Source: an uncultured Gammaproteobacteria bacterium
GTDB taxonomy: Bacteria > Patescibacteriota > Patescibacteriia > UBA9934
Direction: 5' to 3'
DNA length: 50,712 bases
Assembly: GCA_964462325.1 (NCBI GenBank)
Contig: CAYWYQ010000004.1
Span: 1 to 50,712 of the forward strand
Part shown: in pieces, positions 39,468-48,259 of the stretch
Position numbering within the stretch: position 1 is the first letter of the stretch
Layout of the letters: each line of letters opens with the position of its first letter
Made by a program: the position numbers and the translations under genes
The notes under the pieces: generated by a model
Told to the model about the DNA's origin: nothing
The model's database searches: none
The model's input: only the letters and a program-made list of their open reading frames with translations

Positions 39468-40568
39468 TCAAGGAAGCGTACGAACTAATCTATGCCCCAT
39501 TGGGGCATACCTTCCGTCGATTGGCGTATTGCTACGCCGAACGACAGAATTCTTGTAGTGGGAGTTGTCTGCGAAATTGACACCATCCCACTCTTTCTCG
39601 GAGACTTCCGGACCATCCCACCCTCCACCAGAGTCACGGTGGGCTACAATGTCATGGTTTTCGCCGATCAATACCGGCTCATCGGGTCCTCGAGGGTCAA
39701 CACTGTCAGTGTCTTGAGGGTAATTATACCCGTTGGTATAATCCCAGACCCACTCCCACTGGTTGCCTGTCATGTCGTAAATACCTGCCGCATTCGGCGC
39801 GAGAAGGCCGACGGGCATGGGTCCGTTTGTGAGGTGGCTAACCCAGCCTACATCTTCTACTATATCTGAGCCGGAAAATCTATGATTTTCCCCAGCTCGA
39901 GCAGCATAATGCCACTCTGCATAAGTGGGTAGGCGGTAGCCGTTTGCTCCGTCTACCCATTCCACGTGAGCATAGAGGCCTTCCTCCATGTACCCTTCGT
40001 GGTATTGGCTCTCGTTAAAGTTTGAGATCTCATATACCGGCTGAAGACCTTCTTCCTCACTCAACGCATTTGCGAGGAGCGGCCCATCAATCCATGACAT
40101 ATTTGTCATGGGACAGTCGTCACTCTCACACCCGAAGTATTCATCGGAGACCATCGCGACGTCGCCCATTAGGCGATTCCACAAACCTCTTGTTACCTCG
40201 TAACGCATGATCTCGAATGGTTGCGTGATGGTCACACAAAGTACAGGAGTCTCGTTTATAGTACAACCGGGCCCGTCACGCTCCGGGACGCACCCCATGA
40301 CGAATTTTCCGGCAGGCACATGTACCCAGTCGGACTCATTGTCATGGTTCATTCCCATCTGCGTCACATCACAGTTTTCCACCAGCGCTTCACGAATGCT
40401 GTCTGCATCCGTGAGAAGCCCGACCTCCCTTTCCAGATCTTCGTAATGTATATTACTAGCTGCCGAATTAATTTCAGCGAAGCTAGTATAGTCGACAAAC
40501 TCGCTCTCTTCCGTGCAACCTATGAAGATCACACTAAGAAAAAAGCTGAAAAATTGAAAGAACCTCAT
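39468..40568 (-). CDS. FGE-sulfatase (SUMF1/CLec-fold) domain lipoprotein
   Basis: FIGC lipobox, VPAGKFVMG, YEVT, RLPT.AEW.YAAR, PN..GIYDMTGN.WEW, G.RLVR; SD AAGGAGGTG. Confidence 0.9.
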   Translation of the reverse strand: MRFFQFFSFFLSVIFIGCTEESEFVDYTSFAEINSAASNIHYEDLEREVGLLTDADSIREALVENCDVTQMGMNHDNESDWVHVPAGKFVMGCVPERDGPGCTINETPVLCVTITQPFEIMRYEVTRGLWNRLMGDVAMVSDEYFGCESDDCPMTNMSWIDGPLLANALSEEEGLQPVYEISNFNESQYHEGYMEEGLYAHVEWVDGANGYRLPTYAEWHYAARAGENHRFSGSDIVEDVGWVSHLTNGPMPVGLLAPNAAGIYDMTGNQWEWVWDYTNGYNYPQDTDSVDPRGPDEPVLIGENHDIVAHRDSGGGWDGPEVSEKEWDGVNFADNSHYKNSVVRRSNTPIDGRYAPMGHRLVRTLP

Positions 40569-40838
40569 AATCACCTCCTTGTATTGATTTTATAGCAAAA
40601 ATTAGCCGAATTGTCAATGCTGGAATAATAACAAAACCTAAAAAACGTGTATTATGGTGATAGTGCGTACCATTCAAATTCATTTACAAAAATGAGTAAT
40701 TTATATTATATAAAACCAACTCAGGTTAACTATATGTGGCATAATCACATTCTTATGAACAATATATAAAAAATTCAAATCAAGAGTATCGGTGGAAAGA
40801 AATTCTAAGTAATAAACATCGAGTGATATAATATCTCC

Positions 40839-41264
40839 ATGAAGAAGAGAGCTAATATGAATAGAATTGTATTAAAAACGGCATTTGTCGGCGTAATTGT
40901 ATTTTTTGTCACCAGTTTGACATTTTTATCTTTGAGTGTTTCTGGGATTTTTGAAGGGCCTGCAGGTGCGGCAGAACGATTCTTTAAACTCGTCGCAGAA
41001 GAAGAGCAGCAGGCATATCAAATGACATCGGATCGTTTTCAAGAGGTAACAAGTGTGCAAGATTTCCTCTTATTTATTGAGAGCTATCCAACTCTCGATT
41101 TTGCAACGGTGTCTTTTTTTGAACAGACATATAAAGACGATAGTCATGTATTGCTATCAGGAAAAGTAACGGATGAAAAAAATATCCTTCCGGTACTCAT
41201 TGAATTAACAAAGGAGGGTGCGGCATGGAAGGTAACATATATTTCTATAAATGAATCTGAATGA
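40839..41264 (+). CDS. Membrane-anchored NTF2-like/DUF4864-like protein
   Basis: TM helix, AY..TS..FQ, L.KE...WKV. Confidence 0.6.
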   Translation: MKKRANMNRIVLKTAFVGVIVFFVTSLTFLSLSVSGIFEGPAGAAERFFKLVAEEEQQAYQMTSDRFQEVTSVQDFLLFIESYPTLDFATVSFFEQTYKDDSHVLLSGKVTDEKNILPVLIELTKEGAAWKVTYISINESE

Positions 41265-41826
41265 TATGAACAAGTTTCTCGTGGGTATTGGGGGACTATT
41301 TATTGTGATTGCTCTGTTGTTTTTTGTATTTGTCGATACTGAAGGTCGGTTGGCATATGATGTAGAACAGGGGATCTTATTCCAAATTCCAAGCGAGGGT
41401 ATAGAGGCGTATTTCATCGAACAACTTGATCAGGAAGCAACGATGACCACATTTGTCGCAGAAAATGATTCATTACTGAGTGTGACACTTTCTCGGAGTG
41501 ATGATCCAACGCAAGAGGGGGCGGATGCATTCATTGATGCAAGAACCGAAATTGGTTTGTCTGCTTTTGATGCACCTGATGAATCAATGAAGGTGGCGAA
41601 AATGATTGGCGAGAAAGAATTGACCTGTTATATCGGAACACAGAATGGTCACTATAGTACATTTTGTATAGGACAAGTTGAGGAGGATGAAATCGTGCTG
41701 ACCATTCAGGTCGGAACGAGCGATGCACTCGATTCAGTCATGGACTCTATGCTCTTTATTCCAACGCAAGACCAAATTGATGCAGCTGTGGCGATACCGG
41801 AGGGAACCATTTTGGATTTATTATAG
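41251..41826 (+). CDS. Membrane-anchored hypothetical protein
   Basis: N-terminal TM helix; coupled to the previous ORF. Confidence 0.65.
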   Translation: MNLNDMNKFLVGIGGLFIVIALLFFVFVDTEGRLAYDVEQGILFQIPSEGIEAYFIEQLDQEATMTTFVAENDSLLSVTLSRSDDPTQEGADAFIDARTEIGLSAFDAPDESMKVAKMIGEKELTCYIGTQNGHYSTFCIGQVEEDEIVLTIQVGTSDALDSVMDSMLFIPTQDQIDAAVAIPEGTILDLL

Positions 41827-41858
41827 AGATTTCTTGATTATGATAAAATACCTCCACT

Positions 41859-42806
41859 ATGTCGCAATATTATAGAATCCCGCGAGGGAATGGATGGAAT
41901 TACGGAGGAAAGAATTGGAAATTGAGTCGAAGTAAAATCGATTTATTTAAGCAATGTCCGCGCTGTTTTTGGCTCGACAATAAAAAGGGACTTAAACGTC
42001 CGCCGGGGTTTCCGTTTAATATAAACTCTGCTGTCGATAATTTGCTGAAGACGGAATTTGACTCGCATCGCGCAGCTGGATCTACGCATCCTCTGCAGGA
42101 ACAGTATGGATTGAATGCCATTCCAGCGAAACATGCCATGATTGATGTCTGGCGCGAGAATTTCGAAGGAGTGCAATGCTTGCATGAAGCAACCGGGATG
42201 ACGATTAGTGGTGCGATTGATGATTTATGGGTGAATGATGCTGGCGAATATATTGTTGTAGATTACAAAGCAACGGCGAAAAGTGAACCGATTACGGAAC
42301 TTAATGACGAATGGCATGAGAGCTATAAGCGTCAAATGGAGGTGTATCAGTGGCTGTTGCGGCAGAATGGTTTGGATGTTTCGGATACGGGGTATTTTGT
42401 CTATTGTACGGGCCGGCCTGATGAAGCGGCCTTTGACGGCAAGGTTGAGTTTGATGTGCATTTGATTCCACATACTGGAAAGGATGATTGGGTGGAAGAA
42501 GTTTTGATGGAAATTAAGGCTTGTCTTGAAACAGATGCAATGCCTCGAGCGAATGCAGATTGCGATTACTGTTTGTATCGCAGGGAATTAGGGAAGGCGG
42601 AAAGCTCGCTCGATGAGGCGGATGATAATGTGGTAGCTGACGATGTTCCAGATCAAAAATCGTTGGAGGAAATTATTCCAGATCCCGCACCAGCTCCTGA
42701 ACCTACTCCTATTCCTGCACCCGAACCAGAACCGATCGCGGAATCCAAGCCTGAACCTGAACCAAAAAAGCCAAAACCCAAACCTGAGCAAGTGAGTTTG
42801 TTGTGA
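41859..42806 (+). CDS. PD-(D/E)XK nuclease (RecB/AddB/Cas4-like) with a Pro-rich tail
   Basis: LSRS....F..CPRC, GAIDD, VDYK, Q...Y, CDYC; PE repeats; ends in QVSLL. Confidence 0.88.
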   Translation: MSQYYRIPRGNGWNYGGKNWKLSRSKIDLFKQCPRCFWLDNKKGLKRPPGFPFNINSAVDNLLKTEFDSHRAAGSTHPLQEQYGLNAIPAKHAMIDVWRENFEGVQCLHEATGMTISGAIDDLWVNDAGEYIVVDYKATAKSEPITELNDEWHESYKRQMEVYQWLLRQNGLDVSDTGYFVYCTGRPDEAAFDGKVEFDVHLIPHTGKDDWVEEVLMEIKACLETDAMPRANADCDYCLYRRELGKAESSLDEADDNVVADDVPDQKSLEEIIPDPAPAPEPTPIPAPEPEPIAESKPEPEPKKPKPKPEQVSLL

Positions 42807-42845
42807 TACGGTGCGTGAATTTCATATTTTGAAGAATAAAAAAAC

Positions 42846-42875
42846 ACGCCCAGTTCCACGAATGGGACTGGGCGT
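42846..42875. terminator. Terminator hairpin between convergent genes
   Basis: acgcccagttcc acgaat gggactgggcgt preceded by an A-run. Confidence 0.65.
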
Positions 42876-42879
42876 AAGA

Positions 42880-44748
42880 TTACGCTGTTTGAACTATATT
42901 GACACCTTCGAGCTGTGCGAGTTTTCGGAAAATGGGTGATTGTTCCCACAGTTCCTGTACCGAATCTGCAATCGTTTCGATTTGGGATTCATGCGCATTC
43001 AGCTCGTCCGTTGACCTCAGTACGACAAAGCGGTCACAATCCAAGATGGTAGAAAGGCGGTGTGCGATAACGATCGCACTTGCATCACCTGCAAGTATCT
43101 TCGAGATACCTGCCTGGACAGATGCTTGCGCTCCTGCATCAAGCGAACTGGTTGCTTCATCGATGATCATGCAGCGTGGTTTTTTTATTGCCGCCGCCGC
43201 GATCATGAGTCGTTGTTTCTCTCCTCCGGAGAGTTTGATGCCATTTTTGCCGACTTTCGTATCCAGTCCATTCACGAGCCGGTCACCAAAGTCAATTCCG
43301 AGCGTCTGCAGCATCTTCATGATGCGTTCATCAGTCCAATGCTGTTGCTGCTCTTCGGGCAGTCCGTACACGAGATTTTCTCGAATCGTTCCCGTAAACA
43401 CTTGAGGCCTCTGAGCGATGTAACCAATTGCATGTCGCCAAGAAGACAGTTCTGTCTCTCTCAGGTCAGTGCCATTGATCCGAATGACTCCCGTTGTAGG
43501 GTCGTCGTAACGCTGCAGAAGCTTGGTAAGGGTCGATTTTCCACATCCAGTTGCGCCAATGAGCGCGACCGTCTTACCTGCTGGCACTTCAAATGAAACG
43601 TCGCGTAGAACAGCAGGAGATTTTTCGTCCCCGTAGCTGTGACCAACATTTTCAAAAGAAATACTAACTGGTTTGTCGATCGGCACGCTAATTGCGTCAG
43701 GTGCTTCGGTAATCGTTGGAGGAGTCAGAAGAGCATCTCGCAAGGAACGGATCGAGGGCGCTGCCCAATTGATCATGCGTTCCGAACGAGCAAGCATGCG
43801 AATCTGTGCGGTCACCATACCCGTCCAGGTCAGGATAGGAATGGCTGCTTCAACAGTGATGATTCCTTGTAGTCCTTGCATACCAACGTAATACATGACG
43901 AGACTAATCGTCACAATATTCACGGCATTTCTTGACTGTGAGTATGCAATGTAGCGCAGCCAGATATTTCTATCTGATGCCCAAACCTTGCGATACTCCT
44001 TGTCCATTTTGTCAGTGTCTCGCTTTCCGTTGCCACTGGTTATAACACGTTCTACGTGATCCCAGTGCTCATTCCGCATGCGATTATATTTCCGAAAACC
44101 TGCATCAACAGCCCCTGTTTTTGTGACGATCATCCTGTTGAGAAACAGACTAATGGCCATATTGAACAAGAGGCATGTGAATACGATTGCACCGGAAATT
44201 GGACTCAAAAGTGTGAGGAGTACAAATCCGATGATGAGCGTATTGCACTGATCCATTGCCCCGAAAAATATTACCTCCTGCAACATGTGGAATCGACCAA
44301 GGCCTTTTTCCATATTCGAAGCAGTTAGTTTAGAGCTTTCTTGAACATGCAGTCCAAGATTCTTCGAAAAGAAAAGCTCATTCAGTCGTTTCTCGAGCGA
44401 AACCAGGTTTTTACCCAAAGACATTTCGATGTGATTGCCCATCGACCATTCGATGAACATGGTCACGGTATGTGCCAGGAATGTCCCAGCAACCGAAACC
44501 ATCATGAGTTGTGTGTCCTGACGCATCATTGCATCGATGAATACCCCCATTAAATAGGGGTACACGAGGCTGATGACGCGTGAAAGAAAATTCATCGCAT
44601 AGAAACGCTTCATGTGTTTCCGTGCGGATTCGCTCACGAATTCGCGCCAAATCCATGTCAGAAGACCCAGGGTCTCCTTCATGTTCTGAATGTATTCAGA
44701 AAGAGTGGCGGAATCAGACAGTCTATACTCGTCTTCTTCTTGACTCAT
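42880..44748 (-). CDS. ABC exporter with fused permease and ATPase
   Basis: TM domain, GATGCGKST, LSGGEKQR, IIDEATSSLD, AHRLST. Confidence 0.93.
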   Translation of the reverse strand: MSQEEDEYRLSDSATLSEYIQNMKETLGLLTWIWREFVSESARKHMKRFYAMNFLSRVISLVYPYLMGVFIDAMMRQDTQLMMVSVAGTFLAHTVTMFIEWSMGNHIEMSLGKNLVSLEKRLNELFFSKNLGLHVQESSKLTASNMEKGLGRFHMLQEVIFFGAMDQCNTLIIGFVLLTLLSPISGAIVFTCLLFNMAISLFLNRMIVTKTGAVDAGFRKYNRMRNEHWDHVERVITSGNGKRDTDKMDKEYRKVWASDRNIWLRYIAYSQSRNAVNIVTISLVMYYVGMQGLQGIITVEAAIPILTWTGMVTAQIRMLARSERMINWAAPSIRSLRDALLTPPTITEAPDAISVPIDKPVSISFENVGHSYGDEKSPAVLRDVSFEVPAGKTVALIGATGCGKSTLTKLLQRYDDPTTGVIRINGTDLRETELSSWRHAIGYIAQRPQVFTGTIRENLVYGLPEEQQQHWTDERIMKMLQTLGIDFGDRLVNGLDTKVGKNGIKLSGGEKQRLMIAAAAIKKPRCMIIDEATSSLDAGAQASVQAGISKILAGDASAIVIAHRLSTILDCDRFVVLRSTDELNAHESQIETIADSVQELWEQSPIFRKLAQLEGVNIVQTA

Positions 44749-44822
44749 GCTTCCTCCGGATTTTGTTGATGTAAATGTTCAAATAGCGCCCCATTAGCGG
44801 GGCGTTCAAAAATTAGTATTCA

Positions 44823-44915
44823 CTAATTTACAAACTCCACGCCAAAACAGGTACACGTGCGGGTTTCGAAACGTGTATACAAGTTATTAATTGCGTTTTT
44901 ATGGAAGTTTTTCAT
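44823..44915 (-). other. Putative 30-aa leader peptide upstream of the ABC exporter
   Basis: MKNFHKNAINNLYTRFETRTCTCFGVEFVN*, starting 8 nt after the -10 box. Confidence 0.45.
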
Positions 44916-44923
44916 AATGTCCA

Positions 44924-44952
44924 AGACTAGCAGAAAATCTATTTATTGTCAA
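44924..44952 (-). promoter_or_regulatory. Sigma70 promoter of the ABC exporter
   Basis: TTGACA-N17-TAGTCT with extended TG. Confidence 0.6.
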
Positions 44953-45048
44953 ATAAGTTATCCCATATAATTTTCCCTATTGAGTAGTGTTTTGTTTTTT
45001 ACGATCTGGTTGTGATTCAAGGCCGCAAGGCGTACAATAAAATTGCAT

Positions 45049-45399
45049 ATGAATGACTCGGAACAGTATAGAAAAGTTGTTGAGAGGATTCGAGCTTTTT
45101 GTGATGTAAGGGACTGGTCTCAATTTCACGATCCAAAAAATCTAGCTATTTCATTAAATCTAGAATCAGCAGAGGTGCTTGAGCTTTTTCAGTGGACGAA
45201 AGATAATGAATTAGCACCTAAACGGGCTCATAAAATATCGGAAGAATTAGCCGATGTTTTTTATTGGTTGATCATGCTTGCAAATCACTACGACATTGAT
45301 CTTATTAAGGCTCTCGAAAAAAAGATGGAGGAAAATGAACAGAAGTATCCAGAGGAAAAATCGAAAGGTAAATCCGACAAGTATTCTGAACTAGATTAG
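45049..45399 (+). CDS. MazG-like all-alpha nucleotide pyrophosphohydrolase
   Basis: RDWSQFH.PKNLA.S...E.AE.LE.FQW, EELADV, KM..N..KYP. Confidence 0.92.
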   Translation: MNDSEQYRKVVERIRAFCDVRDWSQFHDPKNLAISLNLESAEVLELFQWTKDNELAPKRAHKISEELADVFYWLIMLANHYDIDLIKALEKKMEENEQKYPEEKSKGKSDKYSELD

Positions 45400-45402
45400 T
45401 TT

Positions 45403-46974
45403 ATGCATAAAATAAAAACGTTACCTTTTGAGAGGGAGGAGTTTGGACGCATAAAGACGTATAAATATGGTACGGATTGGCCTGTTGTATATCTGATTGA
45501 AGATGGCAATGAAATTTACATTGGTGAAACGGTGAATCTTTATAATAGAAGTCGTCAGCATTTAGATAATCCTGAAAGAAAAAAGCTAAAAAAGATGCAT
45601 ATTATTTCAGACGATGATTTTAATAAATCATCGGCATTGGATATTGAATCTTGGCTCATTCAATTCATGACCGCTGATGGAAAGTTTACTATTCAAAATG
45701 CAAACGCAGGATTGTCTAATCACAATTACTATCAAAGAAGACATTACGAAGATAAATTTGAAAAGATTTGGCCATTGATTCGGAAGAAGGGCTTAGCACG
45801 CCGGACTCTGAGAGATTTGAAAAACTCAGATCTATTCAAGTACTCCCCATACAAGACCCTTAATGACGAGCAGTATCTTATTGCAGAATCGATTGTTCAT
45901 ACGATAGGATCTTCAGATCAACACACGTTTTTGGTACATGGGCGTCCTGGAACCGGCAAAACGATTCTTGCTGTATATCTTGTTAAGTATTTACTTGATA
46001 CGGATTGGTCCAAGGATATAAAGGTGGGTATTGTTGTACCTATGACGAGTCTTCGTAAGACAATCAAAAAGGTGTTTAAGAGTATAAAAGGACTTAAGGC
46101 CTCGATGGTTCTAGGACCGAATGACGTTGTAAAGGATGAATATGATTTACTCATTATTGACGAGGCTCATCGATTAATGCAGCGAAAGAATCTTATGAGT
46201 TATGGTGCATTTGATAATGTTAATCAAAAACTAAAGCTGGGTAGGTCCGGAAATCAGCTTGACTGGATTATGAAATCATCTCGCTATCAAATTCTTTTCT
46301 ATGATGAGGGGCAATCGGTAAAGCCTTCGGATATACAGCCCGAGCATTTTAAAAATATAAATGCTACTGAACATGAGTTAACAACCCAGATGCGTATTGA
46401 GGGTGGTCATGATTTCTTGCACTTTGTTGAGGATGTTTTTGACGGTAGAAAATCAAATATGAATTTGTTTGAGGATTATGATTTTCGTATTTTTGATGAT
46501 TTCGCTGAAATGAAAAATGAGATCGAAGCCAGAGAAAAGGAAGTCAGACTGTCGCGCCTGGTCGCTGGATATGCATGGGACTGGATAACGAAGGATCCAA
46601 GAAATGGCGCAACTCATGATTTTGAAATCGATGGCGTAAAATTGAAATGGAATTCGGAAAGTAGCGATTGGGTGAATTCACCGAATGCGATCAATGAGGT
46701 TGGTTGCATTCATACAGTTCAGGGATATGACTTAAATTATGTGGGTGTCATAGTGGGGCCTGAGCTTTCAGTTAATACAGAAACAGGTAAGTTAGAGATA
46801 ATCAAGGAACACTATCGTGATAAGAAGGGGAGCGCTGGAATTGAAAGTGATGATGTGCTAAAAAAATACATAATAAACATATATAAAACACTCCTAACTC
46901 GGGGAATTAAGGGATGTTATGTGTACTTTGTAGACAAAGAGGTTGAGAAGTATTTTAGAAGGTTGATCAAATAA
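45403..46974 (+). CDS. GIY-YIG nuclease fused to a DUF2075 (Schlafen group 3-like SF1) helicase
   Basis: PVVYLI...IYIGET...R..QH, DIES; GRPGTGKT, IIDEAH, IHTVQGYDL, LLTRG. Confidence 0.88.
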   Translation: MHKIKTLPFEREEFGRIKTYKYGTDWPVVYLIEDGNEIYIGETVNLYNRSRQHLDNPERKKLKKMHIISDDDFNKSSALDIESWLIQFMTADGKFTIQNANAGLSNHNYYQRRHYEDKFEKIWPLIRKKGLARRTLRDLKNSDLFKYSPYKTLNDEQYLIAESIVHTIGSSDQHTFLVHGRPGTGKTILAVYLVKYLLDTDWSKDIKVGIVVPMTSLRKTIKKVFKSIKGLKASMVLGPNDVVKDEYDLLIIDEAHRLMQRKNLMSYGAFDNVNQKLKLGRSGNQLDWIMKSSRYQILFYDEGQSVKPSDIQPEHFKNINATEHELTTQMRIEGGHDFLHFVEDVFDGRKSNMNLFEDYDFRIFDDFAEMKNEIEAREKEVRLSRLVAGYAWDWITKDPRNGATHDFEIDGVKLKWNSESSDWVNSPNAINEVGCIHTVQGYDLNYVGVIVGPELSVNTETGKLEIIKEHYRDKKGSAGIESDDVLKKYIINIYKTLLTRGIKGCYVYFVDKEVEKYFRRLIK

Positions 46975-46992
46975 TTCGCAAAATGCAACACG

Positions 46993-47001
46993 TTATCCAC
47001 A
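46993..47001 (+). promoter_or_regulatory. Perfect DnaA box
   Basis: TTATCCACA. Confidence 0.5.
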
Positions 47002-47010
47002 GATAGTGAT

Positions 47011-47037
47011 TTAGCACTCTTGACGGTAGAGTGCTAG
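47011..47037. promoter_or_regulatory. CIRCE element (HrcA operator)
   Basis: TTAGCACTC-N9-GAGTGCTAG, 17/18 match to consensus. Confidence 0.85.
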
Positions 47038-47074
47038 TTTTTTAAATTGGACGCGTAAATTAATAGAAAAACAT

Positions 47075-47314
47075 ATGCCAAACATGCATGTTACAAAACA
47101 TCCTGACGGAGGATGGCAGGCGAAAAAAGCTGGAGCGATACGAGCAAGTGGAAAAACAAGGACTCAAGCACAGGCCGAGGCTCTTGCAAAGTCTGTTTTA
47201 AGCAATCAAGGCGGTGGTGAAGTCCGTATTCATGGACGAGATGGAAAAATTCGTGATAGTGATACTGTCGCTCCAGGTAATGATCCCAATCCGCCCAAGG
47301 ATCGTAAATTTTAA
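47075..47314 (+). CDS. DUF2188-family small protein
   Basis: HV.....GW......A.RAS....TQ..A...A......GGE..IHGRDGKIR.......DP.PP. Confidence 0.88.
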   Translation: MPNMHVTKHPDGGWQAKKAGAIRASGKTRTQAQAEALAKSVLSNQGGGEVRIHGRDGKIRDSDTVAPGNDPNPPKDRKF

Positions 47315-47315
47315 T

Positions 47316-47948
47316 GTGGAAAATATCGACGTGCAAAATGCCTTTCGGATTATTTCCGGACAGCTAAACCAGATCCCGGACGAGTATTGCTATTGGTCTA
47401 AAAGAAATTCTAGAGGAACTCTGGAGCGGCAGACGCTCAATGACTATAGAGATAGATTTTCATTTATTAGAAATCCGAGCTTAAGAGAGAATCTTGGTGA
47501 GCTACGGATGGTGCTTGATTACCATAGGAATATATACTACTTAATTGATCCTGCCATGACTTTTAGAAGGCATCATAAGTTGGTGATTTATCAGACTTTA
47601 GGGGCAATTACGGAGGGTCTTCTCTCGGACTATGCTGAAAGTATCGTTAATCAGTCGACGGAGCGCATAGTTAAATTTCTCTGTGGTCAGAGAGCTCGCT
47701 CTAAGGGTTTTGGGTTGGGCTCACTGATTGAGATGTGCAAACAGACAGATGTATTCGGGAAAGATTCCTTAGAACTTCTAGAGAACTTAAAGCGCCTTCG
47801 GGACTCTATTCATCCTAAGAGTCTAAATAAAAACACTACATATCTGACTAACCCAATTATGAACACAGATGTAAACGAAGTGATAGATATTTTTGATAAA
47901 CTCATCGTCTCTATGGAGGCCAGGTATAGAATAAAGAAATTGGTATGA
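47316..47948 (+). CDS. Hypothetical protein with a HEPN-like motif (probable GTG start at 47316)
   Basis: GAITEGLL followed by L..L..LRDSIHP in an alpha-helical context. Confidence 0.65.
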   Translation: MENIDVQNAFRIISGQLNQIPDEYCYWSKRNSRGTLERQTLNDYRDRFSFIRNPSLRENLGELRMVLDYHRNIYYLIDPAMTFRRHHKLVIYQTLGAITEGLLSDYAESIVNQSTERIVKFLCGQRARSKGFGLGSLIEMCKQTDVFGKDSLELLENLKRLRDSIHPKSLNKNTTYLTNPIMNTDVNEVIDIFDKLIVSMEARYRIKKLV

Positions 47949-47954
47949 TATTCC

Positions 47955-47983
47955 TTGACACTCCTCCCAAAAAATAGTACTAT
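47955..47983 (+). promoter_or_regulatory. Sigma70 promoter of rplJL
   Basis: TTGACA-N17-TACTAT. Confidence 0.75.
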
Positions 47984-47997
47984 CTCGTCAGTTGAAT

Positions 47998-48130
47998 AAC
48001 CGTAGAAAGCGAGTTGCCTAAAAGCATAAGTCTCGTCGAGGTGTACAATCTACGCTGGATTCCTGCTTTCGCAGGAATGACAGGTGCGATTAAATGCAAT
48101 TCTCGGTTTCAACACCGGGATATTTTTTTA
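47998..48130 (+). promoter_or_regulatory. L10 leader RNA with a downstream attenuator-like hairpin
   Basis: aCCGTAGAaagCGAG ttgc..gca TAA gtCTCGtCGAGGt matches the L10-leader core; tctcggt..accggga + T-run at 48101-48129. Confidence 0.75.
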
Positions 48131-48239
48131 TCCCATCATTAATTCAAATGTTCTCATGTGTCATTTCGACTGAGTGCAGCGAATGGAGAAATCTACTAAG
48201 TAGATCCTTCGACTTGCCTGCGGCTCGCTCAGGATGACG
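48055..48239. repeat. REP-like elements inside the rplJ leader
   Basis: ctggattcctgctttcgcaggaatgaca (48055-48082) and a doublet at 48159-48239 sharing the atctactaagtagat core with 7372-7386. Confidence 0.8.
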
Positions 48240-48259
48240 ATGGGACAAAATGACTCTTT

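Noticed and set aside
39468-40568. FGE/CLec protein as a diversity-generating retroelement target
   Set aside because: No reverse transcriptase and no template-repeat copy of its 3' end were seen in the window; a remote DGR cannot be excluded.
41859-42806. Nuclease as CRISPR Cas4
   Set aside because: It is a solo gene with no cas1/cas2 or array.
14481-47001. DnaA boxes as oriC
   Set aside because: Boxes are single or paired and spread over more than 30 kb; there is no cluster with an unwinding element and no dnaA/dnaN in the window.
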